Shown: positions 51,641 through 64,000 of the stretch, piece after piece
Position numbering within the stretch: the first letter of the stretch is position 1
Layout: each line of letters starts with the position of its first letter
DNA from: Octopus bimaculoides
Taxonomy: Eukaryota
DNA: 64,000 bases
Reading direction: 5' to 3'
NCBI RefSeq assembly: GCF_001194135.2
Contig: NC_068985.1
Coordinates: 58,600,385 to 58,664,384 of the forward strand
Notes under the pieces: model-generated
The model's database searches: none
The model's input: only the letters and a program-made list of their open reading frames with translations
What the model was told of the DNA's origin: nothing
Translations under genes and position numbers: made by a program

Positions 51641-53121
51641 TACTTATATTCAAGAGTCTTCTCTATATATACTCTGAAAGACAACCTTGTTTCAGTGGAA
51701 ATACTAGTTTGAGAGGTTTGTGACGTTAGCTACAAACACTAAAAACTTGTCCCATACGTGTCAGCAACACAATCCCCGAGGCACCAGATATCACTAACTT
51801 CGCTGAGTCGTATGCCATCATCAGAATAATTTGGTAGAAGGCATTCATCTTCATTGATGGCCATTTATTCAGTCTCCTGAGAAACAAACCCAACTTGGCT
51901 ACAGAATTTGCAAAGAACGGCAAGTCTTTCACATCACACATTTCACAACCTGTGAAGGCAAGCTCGTCAGCAGAATCAAGGTTAAAGACATCCACATTTT
52001 GCTAAGATCTCAATTGCTTCTGCTTAGTAGTGAGACATTTGTTTCGGTTGGAGTCTGCAATTTATAAACGTAGTTCAACACAACGCAAAAATAAAAGCTG
52101 TCAGGGTGTCTCACTAGAGATTTGCTTCTGTTGTCAGAAACTCATTAGATGCAGCATGTGTGCCACACAAACTTATATAATTAGTTTAAATAATGTGTAT
52201 TCATATCAGCAATTACTATTACAAGATGAGTGACGTGAAACAATAATCATGATACTTTCTAATGGTATTTTGAGTAGTCATATTTATATTAACTTCGTGT
52301 GTGAATGAGTATGTATATGTGTATATGTCTGTGTGTGGGGTGAGTATATCTGCGTGTGTATGTGTGTGTTTAAAAAAATACCATATTTGATAGAATATAT
52401 GATGCACCATTTTCCAAAACAAAATAATCTCAAAATATTACGCCGGACACTATATGCGAAGTGGAGGCTACGTTACATGAATTAATACATTACAAAACTT
52501 TTAAACTTTTAGAATGTTAGAATGTTAGAATTTGCGTGCGTCTCATAAAACCGTGCGTCATCTGTGATTCCAAATACTGAAATCATAAAGCATGTTCTGA
52601 GATATATCTTCATTTCGAGACAAGGCGAATATTATCCAACAGGATTAGATGAAAATTTTGTTGATTCCTTAAATTTTACAGCCGCCATTGAAATGATCCC
52701 CATGAAAATATTGGCAACTACAATGTTGCTTGGCAACAAAATAATTCATTATCGAATTGAAATCCAAAAAGCATATCTAATAAAATCGATTAAAAGGTTA
52801 ATTATCGACTGAAGCTTGGAGCAAAGGCCTTTAATTTCATAAGGCTTTATAGCAATAATATTCTAAATAATTCAATATAATTTTTAAAGCTATTTATCTA
52901 AACGGGAGATTGAGGCACATTCTGCGGAAAAACCCTATGCAAATCGATGAATGAGAGAATGGGTTAAGATTGATGCGGTTAATTTCCTGTTATGTGACTT
53001 GTTTGACTGGAGGGGATGTACAGAAAATATTCTGTTATTTGGTACGTGTCCTTATGAGTGTGTATGTGCATGTGCATATATGTGTTAGTGTGTATGTTTG
53101 TGTGTATTTGTGTGTGTACGT

Positions 53122-53250
53122 GAGTGTGTGTGAGGATATGGATGTAGGTGTATGAGTGTGTGTGAGGATATGGGTGTAGGTGTATGAGTGTGTGTGTGAG
53201 GATATGGGTGTAGGTGTATGAGTGTGTGTGAGGATATGGGTGTGGGTATG
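53122..53250. repeat. ~32-bp minisatellite (GAGTGTGTGTGAGGATATGGGTGTAGGTGTAT), about 4 copies
   Basis: Seen directly in sequence. Confidence 0.9.
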
Positions 53251-53989
53251 TAATCGCGATGGTAAGAAGAAAGAAGAAAATGTGTGGGTGTGAATGAGGA
53301 TATGAGGAAGGGTTGTGAGGGTAAAGAGTTCATTTCTATTGAACTGGGACAGAATTAAAAGCATCTTCATTGTATTTTACGTTTAATTATCACGAGGAAT
53401 ATAAAATGTAGCCTTAGGTTAAATGGAGGACATCATTTTTTTTTACTGTATCCTTGTTAGAAAAGTATATATACACTACTTCTATTACTTCATACTGCTG
53501 TGCAAATTATAGCCTTAATTATTCACCTTAATGTTTTGGTGAATAACTAGAAAATCCAGCGAACATTACATCACTTGTGTTATCTGTATACTGGATCTTA
53601 AAATGTTAGGTATCTATGTATTTTCACACACACACACATATTTATATTTTTATATGATCATTAACTACATCATTATCTTCAACCTCATTTAACGTCATTT
53701 TTCTCATGCCGGCATGGATTTAATAGTTTGACATGAGCAGATAAACGAGAAGGCTGCACCGAGCGACCGTTCGTATTTTGGCATGGTTGCAACAGAGAGA
53801 GAGAGAGAGAGAGAGCGGGGGGGAATGTAAGGTAAATGTACAAGGTAAATATGAAAGAGAATAGAATTTAGGAACAGAAAAGGTAGAGATGTTTGTAAAT
53901 GCGCTCCATTGTGAAAATGTGACAGACGATTAGAGATACTGAACGAGAGAGGACATCATAAGTTCAAGAGTCACGCCAAAGATTGATGA

Positions 53990-54270
53990 AAGAAGGGGTA
54001 TTAGAAAATGAGCTGTGAGAGAGGCTTTACAAACATCAATTTTACTGAGATGGAAGGATCTTCTAAAGGACATCATATACTAAGGAATCATAAACAAGCA
54101 GAGTGTAACATGTATGTCACATTTCTCTGAAAGACGGTTGCATGTGATTAGCAGCTGCCCCAAAGTATCAGCAATTACGCCATCTCAGTACGGCACGACC
54201 TAGTCGCTAACCCCTCTGTTATTGAATATATACATGAATATCAACACAACGAATATTGGTTGAACATTTC
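53990..54270 (+). mobile_element. Third fragment related to the 6.5-10.2 kb R4 family (CCHC region)
   Basis: gcatgtgattagcagctgccccaaagtatcagcaattac...cggcacgacctagtcgct reads HVISSCPKVSA and RHDLVA across a frameshift. Confidence 0.6.
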
Positions 54271-55010
54271 AGTTTGTTTAATATCATTGTTTGAGACAGA
54301 GGAGAAAATGTGTGTACTATCAAAGAAAGAGAGAGAGGTGGGTGAGGGAGAGAGGTGGGTGAGGGAGAGAGAGAGGGGGAAGAGGGGGAGGGGATANNNN
54401 NNNNNNNNNNNNNNNNNNNNNNNNNNNNNNNNNNNNNNNNNNNNNNNNNNNNNNNNNNNNNNNNNNNNNNNNNNNNNNNNNNNNNNNNNNNNNNNNNNNN
54501 NNNNNNNNNNNNNNNNNNNNNNNNNNNNNNNNNNNNNNNNNNNNNNNNNNNNNNNNNNNNNNNNNNNNNNNNNNNNNNNNNNNNNNNNNNNNNNNNNNNN
54601 NNNNNNNNNNNNNNNNNNNNNNNNNNNNNNNNNNNNNNNNNNNNNNNNNNNNNNNNNNNNNNNNNNNNNNNNNNNNNNNNNNNNNNNNNNNNNNNNNNNN
54701 NNNNNNNNNNNNNNNNNNNNNNNNNNNNNNNNNNNNNNNNNNNNNNNNNNNNNNNNNNNNNNNNNNNNNNNNNNNNNNNNNNNNNNNNNNNNNNNNNNNN
54801 NNNNNNNNNNNNNNNNNNNNNNNNNNNNNNNNNNNNNNNNGGAAACAGAGAGGACTGCTACGAACAAAGCTCCCCGAAATTGCTGGTCTTGTGGTTGTGT
54901 GTGTCCGTGTGTGTGTGTCCGAGTGTGCGTGTGTGTGTGTTTGTGTGTGTGTCTTTGTGTGTATAGTTATGTATATATCTAGGTGCGCCTGTGAATGTGA
55001 GTACGTATGT

Positions 55011-55053
<43 letters not shown>

Positions 55054-55295
55054 AACACACAGAGTTTAAAAGGGATAAATTAACCTGGCAGATACCGTAT
55101 TGTCACACAAATAGTTATATGTAGCACTTAAAAGAGATATTGGTACGGGTAAGCTTCACTCGCTGGGTAGTTCTTCCTATTCAGAACTGCAAATATTCCG
55201 TACAGTATATAACTCATAACGGAGAACAGGGCGGAGATTTATTCACATGGGCAACTTTTTTCTTAAGAAGTTATCCACCGTATATATAACACTGG

Positions 55296-55918
55296 CCTAT
55301 ATATGTTTCGACTGCAGCTTCTGCACATTACTCTGTATGCAATTATGCATTCTAAAGACTGCAATTTCGTCAAGGGCCCATCACTCACTACGTTTTGAAA
55401 GTGAACTGATTCAAACAACTGTCCTGCATTGATAGCGTTACTTTTTAAATCCAATGGAATTCTGGACTTATAATCACCCCTACTGCTATTACAGTTGAAG
55501 TTAAAGATGTTTACTCAGATTTCAATTAATCGTAGCTGCTTTGTTTATATTTTGCCATGTAGAATACATTATTTATTCAAATGTACTTTACTTTTTGGGG
55601 GCTTATACCCTCAATTAATATTATTGTTATTACTATTAGTAGTAGTTGCATTTGTATAATTAGCATTAATTATTACAATTATTATTGTAACTAGCATAAT
55701 TACTATAGAATGTGAGTTGTGTTTATATAAATTGTTTAAACGTATATTTTCGTAAGTGTGGACATCACCCTCAAACGAAGACCAATGAAGTCCGGTTGTT
55801 TGATTCAGTTCACTATAAAAGTTTCCTGACTGGAGGACCCTTGATGAAATTGCAGCGACTAAGATGCATAATAGCTCACAGAGCAATGAGCAGTTGCTGC
55901 AGTCGAAACATATGTCGG
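55296..55918. mobile_element. Inverted pair of ~138-bp repeats with a hammerhead-like relic (Penelope pseudo-LTR-like)
   Basis: 55296-55433 is a diverged reverse complement of 55781-55918. The right arm ends CAGTC-GAAACATATGTC-GGTGAG. Confidence 0.6.
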
Positions 55919-57865
55919 TGAGAATTATATATATACTGTAGAAATGTCTTTAATAATAAATATTCACCCACCTCTTCGTTATCAATTATATATATATATA
56001 NNNNNNNNNNNNNNNNNNNNNNNNNNNNNNNNNNNNNNNNNNNNNNNNNNNNNNNNNNNNNNNNNNNNNNNNNNNNNNNNNNNNNNNNNNNNNNNNNNNN
56101 NNNNNNNNNNNNNNNNNNNNNNNNNNNNNNNNNNNNNNNNNNNNNNNNNNNNNNNNNNNNNNNNNNNNNNNNNNNNNNNNNNNNNNNNNNNNNNNNNNNN
56201 NNNNNNNNNNNNNNNNNNNNNNNNNNNNNNNNNNNNNNNNNNNNNNNNNNNNNNNNNNNNNNNNNNNNNNNNNNNNNNNNNNNNNNNNNNNNNNNNNNNN
56301 NNNNNNNNNNNNNNNNNNNNNNNNNNNNNNNNNNNNNNNNNNNNNNNNNNNNNNNNNNNNNNNNNNNNNNNNNNNNNNNNNNNNNNNNNNNNNNNNNNNN
56401 NNNNNNNNNNNNNNNNNNNNNNNNNNNNNNNNNNNNNNNNNNNNNNNNNNNNNNTATATATATATATATATATATATGAACCTTTGTATTTTGCTTGTTT
56501 CAGTTATTATACTGTGACCATCCGCGAACACCGCCTTGATGAATTTTTAGTCGAATGGATCGACCCCGGTCCTTTTTTAAACTTTGTTCATGTTCTATCG
56601 TTAAGTTACGGGGACATGAATACGCCATCATCGGTTTTAAATGCTGGTGGTGAACAAATACAAGCACACATACGTACACATATAAACCATACGTCTGCGC
56701 CTATGTTTCGAATGTTTCACTAATCACACCTCTACATCTCAAACCGCTTAGCTACGAATCAGCAAACTCCAACTTGTGATCGTTCTATCTTCTGCATTCC
56801 ACCACAAACAGATCACATCTTGCTTGCCAACCAACAGTTCGATACGTTTTCGTCAACACTAATGACATTCAGGAGCAGCAGTAGCTGTATTAGTAGTGCA
56901 GCACCAGCTACAGTAGTAGTAATAGTAGCAGCAGCTGTAGCAGCAGCAGCAGCAGCAGTAGTAATAGTAGTGGTAGTAGTAGTAGTAGTAGTAGTAGTAG
57001 TGTATTCATTCTTGAATCTATTGCTCGCCTATTTACATTTGCCGCCTGAAGAGTCTTGTGTAGACACCTGCAGGCAGCTGGGACTGGTAAATCATTCCAT
57101 AGTAGATATAAACAAAGCCCATTCTTAGATATAGACAAGATGAGGTACAAACGCTGAACACTATTTCGACTGTCATTATTTCAAAGTAGTTGATGTTCAG
57201 GTTAAATTCTCGCTCTCCAGTGTGTATTTGTATGTGTTTACCTCGTTATGCACACATGAGGTTTGACAAGGTAGATCAGCCAGTAGCGAGCACAATGGAT
57301 ATTATTGCTGCCGACACGCTCTCCAGTCTAATGAATAAATTATTGGATAGAGTAATCGTATGCTCATTATGTGTGGTATGATCGGCATTTTAGGTCGTAT
57401 TTCGCCACGCATCTCTGGCCACTGTCGATCTGATTGTCTCGCCATACTGTTATGTAATTGATTGAGAAATATGCTCAATCTTGTTTAAGCAACGCTTCGT
57501 ACTGAACGCTTCCATATATGGAATGTGTATGCTTGAATAAATAGCTGTATGTTTATATAGATACACATAAAGATAAATGTATATACATAACTGCATATGC
57601 ATATATACCTATATACACAAACACCATCACGAATAGATACACACACGTGTGTGTGTGTGTGTGTGTGCATAGATATATGTATGCATATGTTCGTATGCAT
57701 GTATATGCACTCGCCATGTATTGATTAACTGGATTATGATGTCAGGGATAACAACGTGCGTGAACAAGTTCAGATGGCAGTATTATATGGATTCTGTGTA
57801 GGATTTTATAATAACATTTCAAAGTAGCCTTGGTGTGCACATCTTCTGTTATACAAATTTCGATT

Positions 57866-57975
57866 GTAGTGGACTAATGTAGTGTAGTGGACTAATGTAG
57901 TGTAGTGGACTAATNNNNNNNNNNAGTGGACTAATGTAGTGTAGTGGACTAATGTAGTGTAGTGGACTAATGTAA
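57866..57975. repeat. 18-bp tandem repeat (AGTGGACTAATGTAGTGT)n with a small gap
   Basis: Seen directly in sequence. Confidence 0.9.
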
Positions 57976-58300
57976 TTTTATTTTATTTTATCCAGCCTGG
58001 TTCGGGAACTGTCATTAGTCGAAAAATGCCTTCTCCAGGACATATTTTAAATTTGGCACTTTCGCTGCTTTCTTCCATGGAATCTAATGCTCTTACCTTA
58101 TTTTTTCCTTGGGCATGGCCAGATTGGAGTAATCTCGAGTATTAACAGCTGAAATTGCAACGATAATCTGGAGCTCGACTTAGGACAGAAAACTCCGAAT
58201 GACCCGTCCTTGTTTTTTTTTTGTATCGTCTGTCTGGATGTTTTGTTGTCTCTTATGTGTATCAATTAACTGTGTGGATGTTTTTCGTTCTTGTTCCATT

Positions 58301-58355
<55 letters not shown>

Positions 58356-58600
58356 NNNNNNNNNNNNNNNNNNNNNNNNNNNNNNNNNNNNNNNNNNNNN
58401 NNNNNNNNNNNNNNNNNNNNNNNNNNNNNNNNNNNNNNNNNNNNNNNNNNNNNNNNNNNNNNNNNNNNNNNNNNNNNNNNNNNNNNNNNNNNNNNNNNNN
58501 NNNNNNNNNNNNNNNNNNNNNNNNNNNNNNNNNNNNNNNNNNNNNNNNNNNNNNNNNNNNNNNNNNNNNNNNNNNNNNNNNNNNNNNNNNNNNNNNNNNN

Positions 58601-58860
58601 TCATAAATTTGATTTCATAACCTTGATTTCCCAAATTTTGATTCGTAAATTTGGTTTCATTGGATTCATAAATTTGGTTTCGTTGGATTCATATATTTGG
58701 TTTCATAACTTTGGATTCCTAAAGTTGGTTTCATAAATATGGATTCCGAAATTTGGTTTCGTAAATTTGGATTCCGAAATTTGGTTTCATAAATTTGGTT
58801 TCCGTAATTTGGATTCCGAAATTGGGTTTCATAAATTTTGTTTTTGAAATTTGAACCTAA
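58601..58860. repeat. 14-bp minisatellite with a 28-bp dimeric higher-order unit
   Basis: Alternating AAATTTGGTTTCAT and AAATTTGGATTCCG units. Confidence 0.85.
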
Positions 58861-60466
58861 ACGTAAATAAATATAATGTAAAAGCAACCATTTAAACTAA
58901 AAGTTCATGGCACAAAGCGGCTGACAGACTACAACAATAATTATAGTTAAAGAATAAATGGTCAAACAAATAATCTAGTTTGCTTAACATTCACACAAAA
59001 CTGCTTCATACATGTATACTGAGCAACCATTAGACAAAATTTACAGTTAAGTTGTCTAATACAAAAAATTGGCTACACGGAAAATTAAATTCATACCCCC
59101 TTCTAACTATTTATAGCAATTTTCTTATGTTTATCTGAACAGATAATAGCTAGCAAAATTAGTACACAACCTGTCACAAATGCTGGGTTCAAAATTCACA
59201 AAACTATTACAATAACAAAACTTAAGAGATTTTGTACTCGCCCAGATGTTACACAGAAATTATTTAAATCTGACAAGCAAAAGTTCTGGCGAATTCCTGG
59301 AGCATAATTTAAATCCATAAATGCCGAATACAAAGCACAAATACAAAAACTAAACAGGCAACCATAGCTTCCAGAATCCAAGAGAACAACCTTGTTTCAC
59401 AGAAAAAAAATTAACGGTTACAAAAACTTAGTGTGCAATTATCTCAGCTCATACAGGTTTAGCGTTTCACAGTTTGGCTATTTACACCTGTATGTTCACC
59501 TGTTTACCTGTAAAAATTTGTAATGCTGTGTAGGTAACACTGCCTCATAATAATATTATTTCATAATATACTCCTAAAACAAGCATAATTTTAAAGCAAA
59601 AAGTTCCTAATAAGAAATATATATATATAAGCATAGCCTCTACAGCAAGACACTTTCTTCTGCATCATAGTTTTTTTTTTTTATCCTTCTAATCTAAAGT
59701 ATACTCAGTTTTGAGATGTTGTCTTGCGGTTACTTGGCGAATTCTTTTCCTGATGACTCAGGAAAAGAGTTCAGTAGATTCTGTTAAGTGGTTGCTGTTA
59801 GAAAGGGCATCTAGCTGTAGAAGCTGTGCCTAAGAAAATATAGAAAAGGGTGCAATCCTCTGTTCTTTTAGAACAATCCAACACATTCCAGCATGAACAA
59901 AGAAAGGTTATATCATAATGATGATCATAATAGTATACACACACGAGATACACATATACATACATATATTTGAAACGACCAATGAAACAGAACCATGTTT
60001 CTTAATTTATATTAGTTTTGATTGCATCGTCATTTCTGTCCCATTTTTAACAAGACTGTCAGATGAACGGGAACGTGAAACTCTGAGTAACAGCTCTTTC
60101 TCATATTTCTGCTGCTTTTAAATAAAGCATATTACTCTAGCTCTGGTATTTGAGTACTCTTTTTTCCACCTTGTTTCACATTTATGTGCTTACTACCACT
60201 ATATACAGGCAAATACCAAAATGTATTCTAATCAAAATAAGCGAAAGGGCAATTACATAACGCGGTACCTTTTGACAAGTCACCTACCGAGGCACACCTG
60301 CACCAAATGAGATGCAGCACAAGTATTTGTACAGAATCTCATCAGCTAGGGACTAATGAATGATGGGTCACAACGGTCGTAATGATTAATAAAGAATCTC
60401 GTGAATTCTATTTTTGTTCTCTCTCTTTCTCTGCTTCTCTCTTACACACACATACACAAATTATAT

Positions 60467-60661
60467 GTAGGAGTGGCTGTGTAGGAAAAAGCTTGCTTCC
60501 CAAAAACATGATTCCGAGTTCTCTCCCTCTGCGTAGCACCTTGGGCAAGTGCACTCTTCTATAGCCTGGAGCAAACCAATGCCTTGTGAGTGGATTTGTT
60601 AGACGACGGAAAACTGAAAGACGCTCGTATCATACGTATTTGGGCGCGCGCGCGTGCATGT

Positions 60662-60704
<43 letters not shown>

Positions 60705-60785
60705 TGTGTGTGTTTGACCACTACTTGAAAACCGGTGCTGGTGTTTTATGTCTCCGTAAGCTAGCGGCTTCACAAAAGAGTGATA
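60467..60785 (+). mobile_element. Family 2 SINE
   Basis: gtaggagtggctgtgtagg...gcaccttgggcaagtg...gtgagtggatttgttagacg, (TG)n, accggtgctggtg. Confidence 0.85.
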
Positions 60786-60789
60786 TAAT

Positions 60790-61810
60790 TCTTTTCTCAG
60801 GTCCGTTGGTGCCTTTCAGCGGCACATCAAGCAGTCAGTGATCGCCAATTATCTCCATCTCTGGCCAGCCGGTATGCTTCTTCCCAGATGATGTACAATC
60901 TAAGTAGGTATTCTTTGAATATAATACGCCATATCTTCGCTGGCCGGCCTCGTTTTCTCTTACATTACATCGACATCCAGCCCATGGCTGCTTTGGCAAG
61001 CCTCTTCTCCGACAGTCTTAGTATGTATCCCGCCATTTTCATTCCTCGTTCGGTCATAATCGCATGCTTAGAGAATGGTTTCATTTCTCATTCTCTCTGG
61101 ATAAGTCATTCTTAGAATCTTTCCGTGGCACCGCTGATGAAATACGTCGAATAGGTGGGCGATTTTTGCTGCCATCGTCTAGGTCTCAGCTGTATAGATC
61201 GCTATGGGCAATATTGTTGTTTTGTACGGAAAAATCTTCAGCTCTATACTTATGTTCTTGATACAAAAAAGAGTTGTCCGTCTTCTAAATACTGTCGCTG
61301 CCTTACCAATTCTACAGCTTACATCTAACACTGCATAACCGTTGCTTGTCACTTTGCTTCTCAGATATATGAAACTTATAATTTTTTCAACTGGTTCTTG
61401 TCCAACTTTCACTGATACACTTCCCACTCGTTTCCCAACTGATTCTTAACCCAGTCTTTGTCGCTCCTGTTTTCATTTTTGTTGTCATTTCTTGTAATGT
61501 TGAGCGATTTTCAGCCAACAGGGAAACGTCATCGGCAGAATCCAAGTCTGTTAGCCGGTCTGACCATTGATCTTTTCATAACAAAATGGATGACCATCAG
61601 ACACAGCATTGGTGACAATGACACTCTTGTCTTACTCGAGTAACGATTTTGATAAAACAAGTGTACCATACGTTGTTCTAATGCAGCAGCTGGATTCGTT
61701 GTAGAAACTGTCAAGCTGACTGATGTAATCGGCTGGTATTCCATGCACTTTTGCAATCTTCCAGAGGGTTTCTCTCGGGCCAACGTCAAAAGTCTTTTTG
61801 GAGTCAAGGA
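60790..61810 (-). mobile_element. RTE-clade LINE fragment (RT core to 3' end), decayed
   Basis: Minus strand: AFDVGPRETLWKIA..HGIP; VGQEPVEKIISFIYLRSKVTSNG...DVSCRIGKAATVF; ISIELKI..YKTTILPIAIY.AETW; RKRGRP. Confidence 0.85.
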
Positions 61811-62057
61811 AGTTTATTATTCCTGCATTTCAAGGTAATATCATAGTTAAAACCAGCCATCATCAGATAAATTTTAAACATATAAACAAGTATGATAAAA
61901 ACAGCAGATGACCAGTTCAAAAACAACCATGTTGAAACAAGTGATATAATAATTATCAGGCTTAAAAAAAAAAGTACTGTCTGTCGATTACTTCTACTAA
62001 AATTATTCAAGGTGGTGCCCCAGTGTAGCCGCAATCTAATGACTGTAACAAGTACAT

Positions 62058-62252
62058 AAGTTCCTGCCTTTAAGGGTGTCGCAAAATGTTGATGACCCAA
62101 CCTTCCAGGTTTTTAAAGGGCTTTGAAAAATTAAAGGTTTGCAGCAGTAAGTGTGTGAATCTGAGAGCGAAATATATCGAATAAAATCGTAATTAACTGA
62201 TCCTCCTGTAGTTTCTTTTACCGAAAGTCAGAAACTTTTCAGCACTCCCTTG
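62058..62252 (+). mobile_element. mariner-derived MITE (left TIR truncated)
   Basis: Left AAGTTCCTG remnant; right TIR GAAACTTTTCAGCACTCCCTTG|TA; the interior resembles a transposase C-terminal tail (KCVNL...Y.E*). Confidence 0.7.
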
Positions 62253-62613
62253 TATATGTATGCACACATACGTATATATGTTCACTACTATGCATACAAA
62301 AGTGTGGATTTGACCTATTTGCCCTCCCTGTATCTGTCCCACTTTCTCAATAAATCCCGTTGTACCTTCTCAAAATATCAGTTGTTTCACCATGGTTGTT
62401 TGTGAACTGGTCATCTGCTGTTTCTAGCTTACCCTATTTATGCGTTTAAAATTTACTTCATATACTGCCAAGAAGCCACAGCTACCAGTTGATTTAACAT
62501 ACTGTGAGCTCAGTACTAAATACCAAGACATTCGTGGAGTCCTACGTACTGATATACCTAGATTCTAATGAATCCTGTAACCGATCAAATGCACACACAC
62601 ATACATAGATACA

Positions 62614-62718
<105 letters not shown>

Positions 62719-62760
62719 ATGCATGTACATATATATATATATATATATATGCATATATAC

Positions 62761-63394
62761 TACGACATTAGCGGCTGTCTGCCGCTTGTCTGTTGATATA
62801 TTGTCAGTAGGGACGATTGACTGCCATCTCTATCAGGCCAGTACCGATGAAGAGTAAAGACCTAGAAAACATGGTCTACTGGTCTTGCCAAGCTGGAGGG
62901 GAGTCATTCCCTCCCTTACTCCCAAAATATCGGACACAGGTTGTATGTCATTAACCAGCTGGAAAAGACGTTTTCTGGGGTTAAAACGTAGCAATATAGT
63001 TCTTTATAGAACACCTATCTTATAGTGGCGAACAAACGTTGCCATCTAGCCTTGCTATTTCTGATCTCGTTTAGAGATTTTAGAACTAGCTATTTTGCTC
63101 GTTACGATAACAGCGGCTGTCTGCCGCTTCTCTGTTTATATATTTAGTAGGGACGATTGACTGCCATCTCTAGCAGGCAACTGTTCAATACCGATGAAGG
63201 GTAAAGTCCCAGACACCATGATCTACTCCTCTTGCCATACTGGAGGAAATAATTCGCTCCGTTGCTCACAATATATCGAACATACGTTGTGTGTCGCTAA
63301 CTATCTGGAAAATACATTTCCCCAGGGTCAAAATGTAGTATCATAGTTATTTATAGAACAGCCATGTTATAGTGGCAAGAAAAACGTTACCAAT
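62761..63394 (+). ncRNA. Tandem dimer (347-nt period) carrying minimal type I hammerhead motifs; retrozyme- or Penelope-pLTR-like
   Basis: Two diverged direct copies starting at 62761 and 63103. Copy 1: GGCCAGTA-CCGATGA-AGAGTAAAGACCTA-GAAA-ACATGG-TC-TACTGGTC (62836-62884). Copy 2: CCGATGA-AGGGTAAAGTCCCA-GACA-CCATGA-TC-TACT (63191-63227). Confidence 0.65.
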
Positions 63395-64000
63395 ATTTAT
63401 ATATGTATTTATATAAATATATGCACACAGATATTTATGTACATCTATAAATACACACACTAACGTTTTGTGTGTGTGTGTGTACGTGTGAGTATATGAG
63501 TGTGTATGTGCGCGCGTGTGTGTGTGTGTGTGTGTATGTGTGTATATGTGTGTGTGTGTGTGTCTGTGTCTGAGTGAGAGTGGTAGCGCAAATGTCACAT
63601 AAAGCTCTGAACTTTTAATACAGATTTCAATTTCTTTTTCTTTCTATTTTCCTTTAAAAATTCTCATTAAATATTGAAACCTTTCCGTAACTTCCAGACA
63701 TTTAGTAACAGTAGTCTACAAAGCAAGAAAAAGATCAGAGAAATAAATAAAGTATTAGAATTTCAGACCCCTTCGTGACTTCTCCATCCCATCATCAGAG
63801 GAACATGTGCCATACAATTTCCAACATAGAGGCGAGAGCTAACTTAGATTATATACGTGGTTGTTCGTTTTACCTGACACACAGACTTATTTACTCGTGT
63901 CCATATAGACGTTCTTGCATGCATGTACACGCGTATATGTATATACATGCATTCACATATACACACATGTATGCATTCAAATATATATATATATATATAT

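Noticed and set aside
51726-51995. 89-aa minus-strand ORF as a host exon
   Set aside because: No recognisable motif and no convincing pair of splice sites.
53122-58860. Tandem repeats at 53.1, 57.9 and 58.6 kb as CRISPR arrays
   Set aside because: Units are head-to-tail with no unique spacers, there are no cas genes, and the context is eukaryotic.
59150-59400. Possible hAT-like transposase C-terminus, or a TnpB/Fanzor remnant
   Set aside because: Only a few residues resemble a hAT dimerisation motif, and no RuvC or zinc-finger motif was seen here or elsewhere in the window.

Overview
This is AT-rich animal genomic DNA with many microsatellites and at least 13 large assembly gaps (N runs). 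By inference from the SINE families it is a coleoid cephalopod, most likely Octopus; this was not checked against a database. I found no intact protein-coding gene, rRNA, tRNA gene or CRISPR array. The long ORFs in the track are artefacts of N runs or microsatellites. The window is mostly layered transposon debris: R4/Dong-clade LINEs (restriction-like endonuclease type) abutting (TAA)n or (TACA)n arrays, a decayed CR1, RTE and RTE-X fragments, a young short LTR element with a tRNA-Trp primer site inside a SINE, two copies of one Helitron family, mariner, maT, pogo and hAT relics, two abundant tRNA-derived SINE families and a fold-back element. The most interesting signal is several hammerhead-ribozyme-like motifs. 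These include a tandem dimer with a 347-nt period (62.76-63.39 kb) carrying minimal type I hammerheads with a palindromic helix III, which is the architecture of non-LTR retrozymes and Penelope pseudo-LTRs. All copies appear partly decayed, so activity is unproven.
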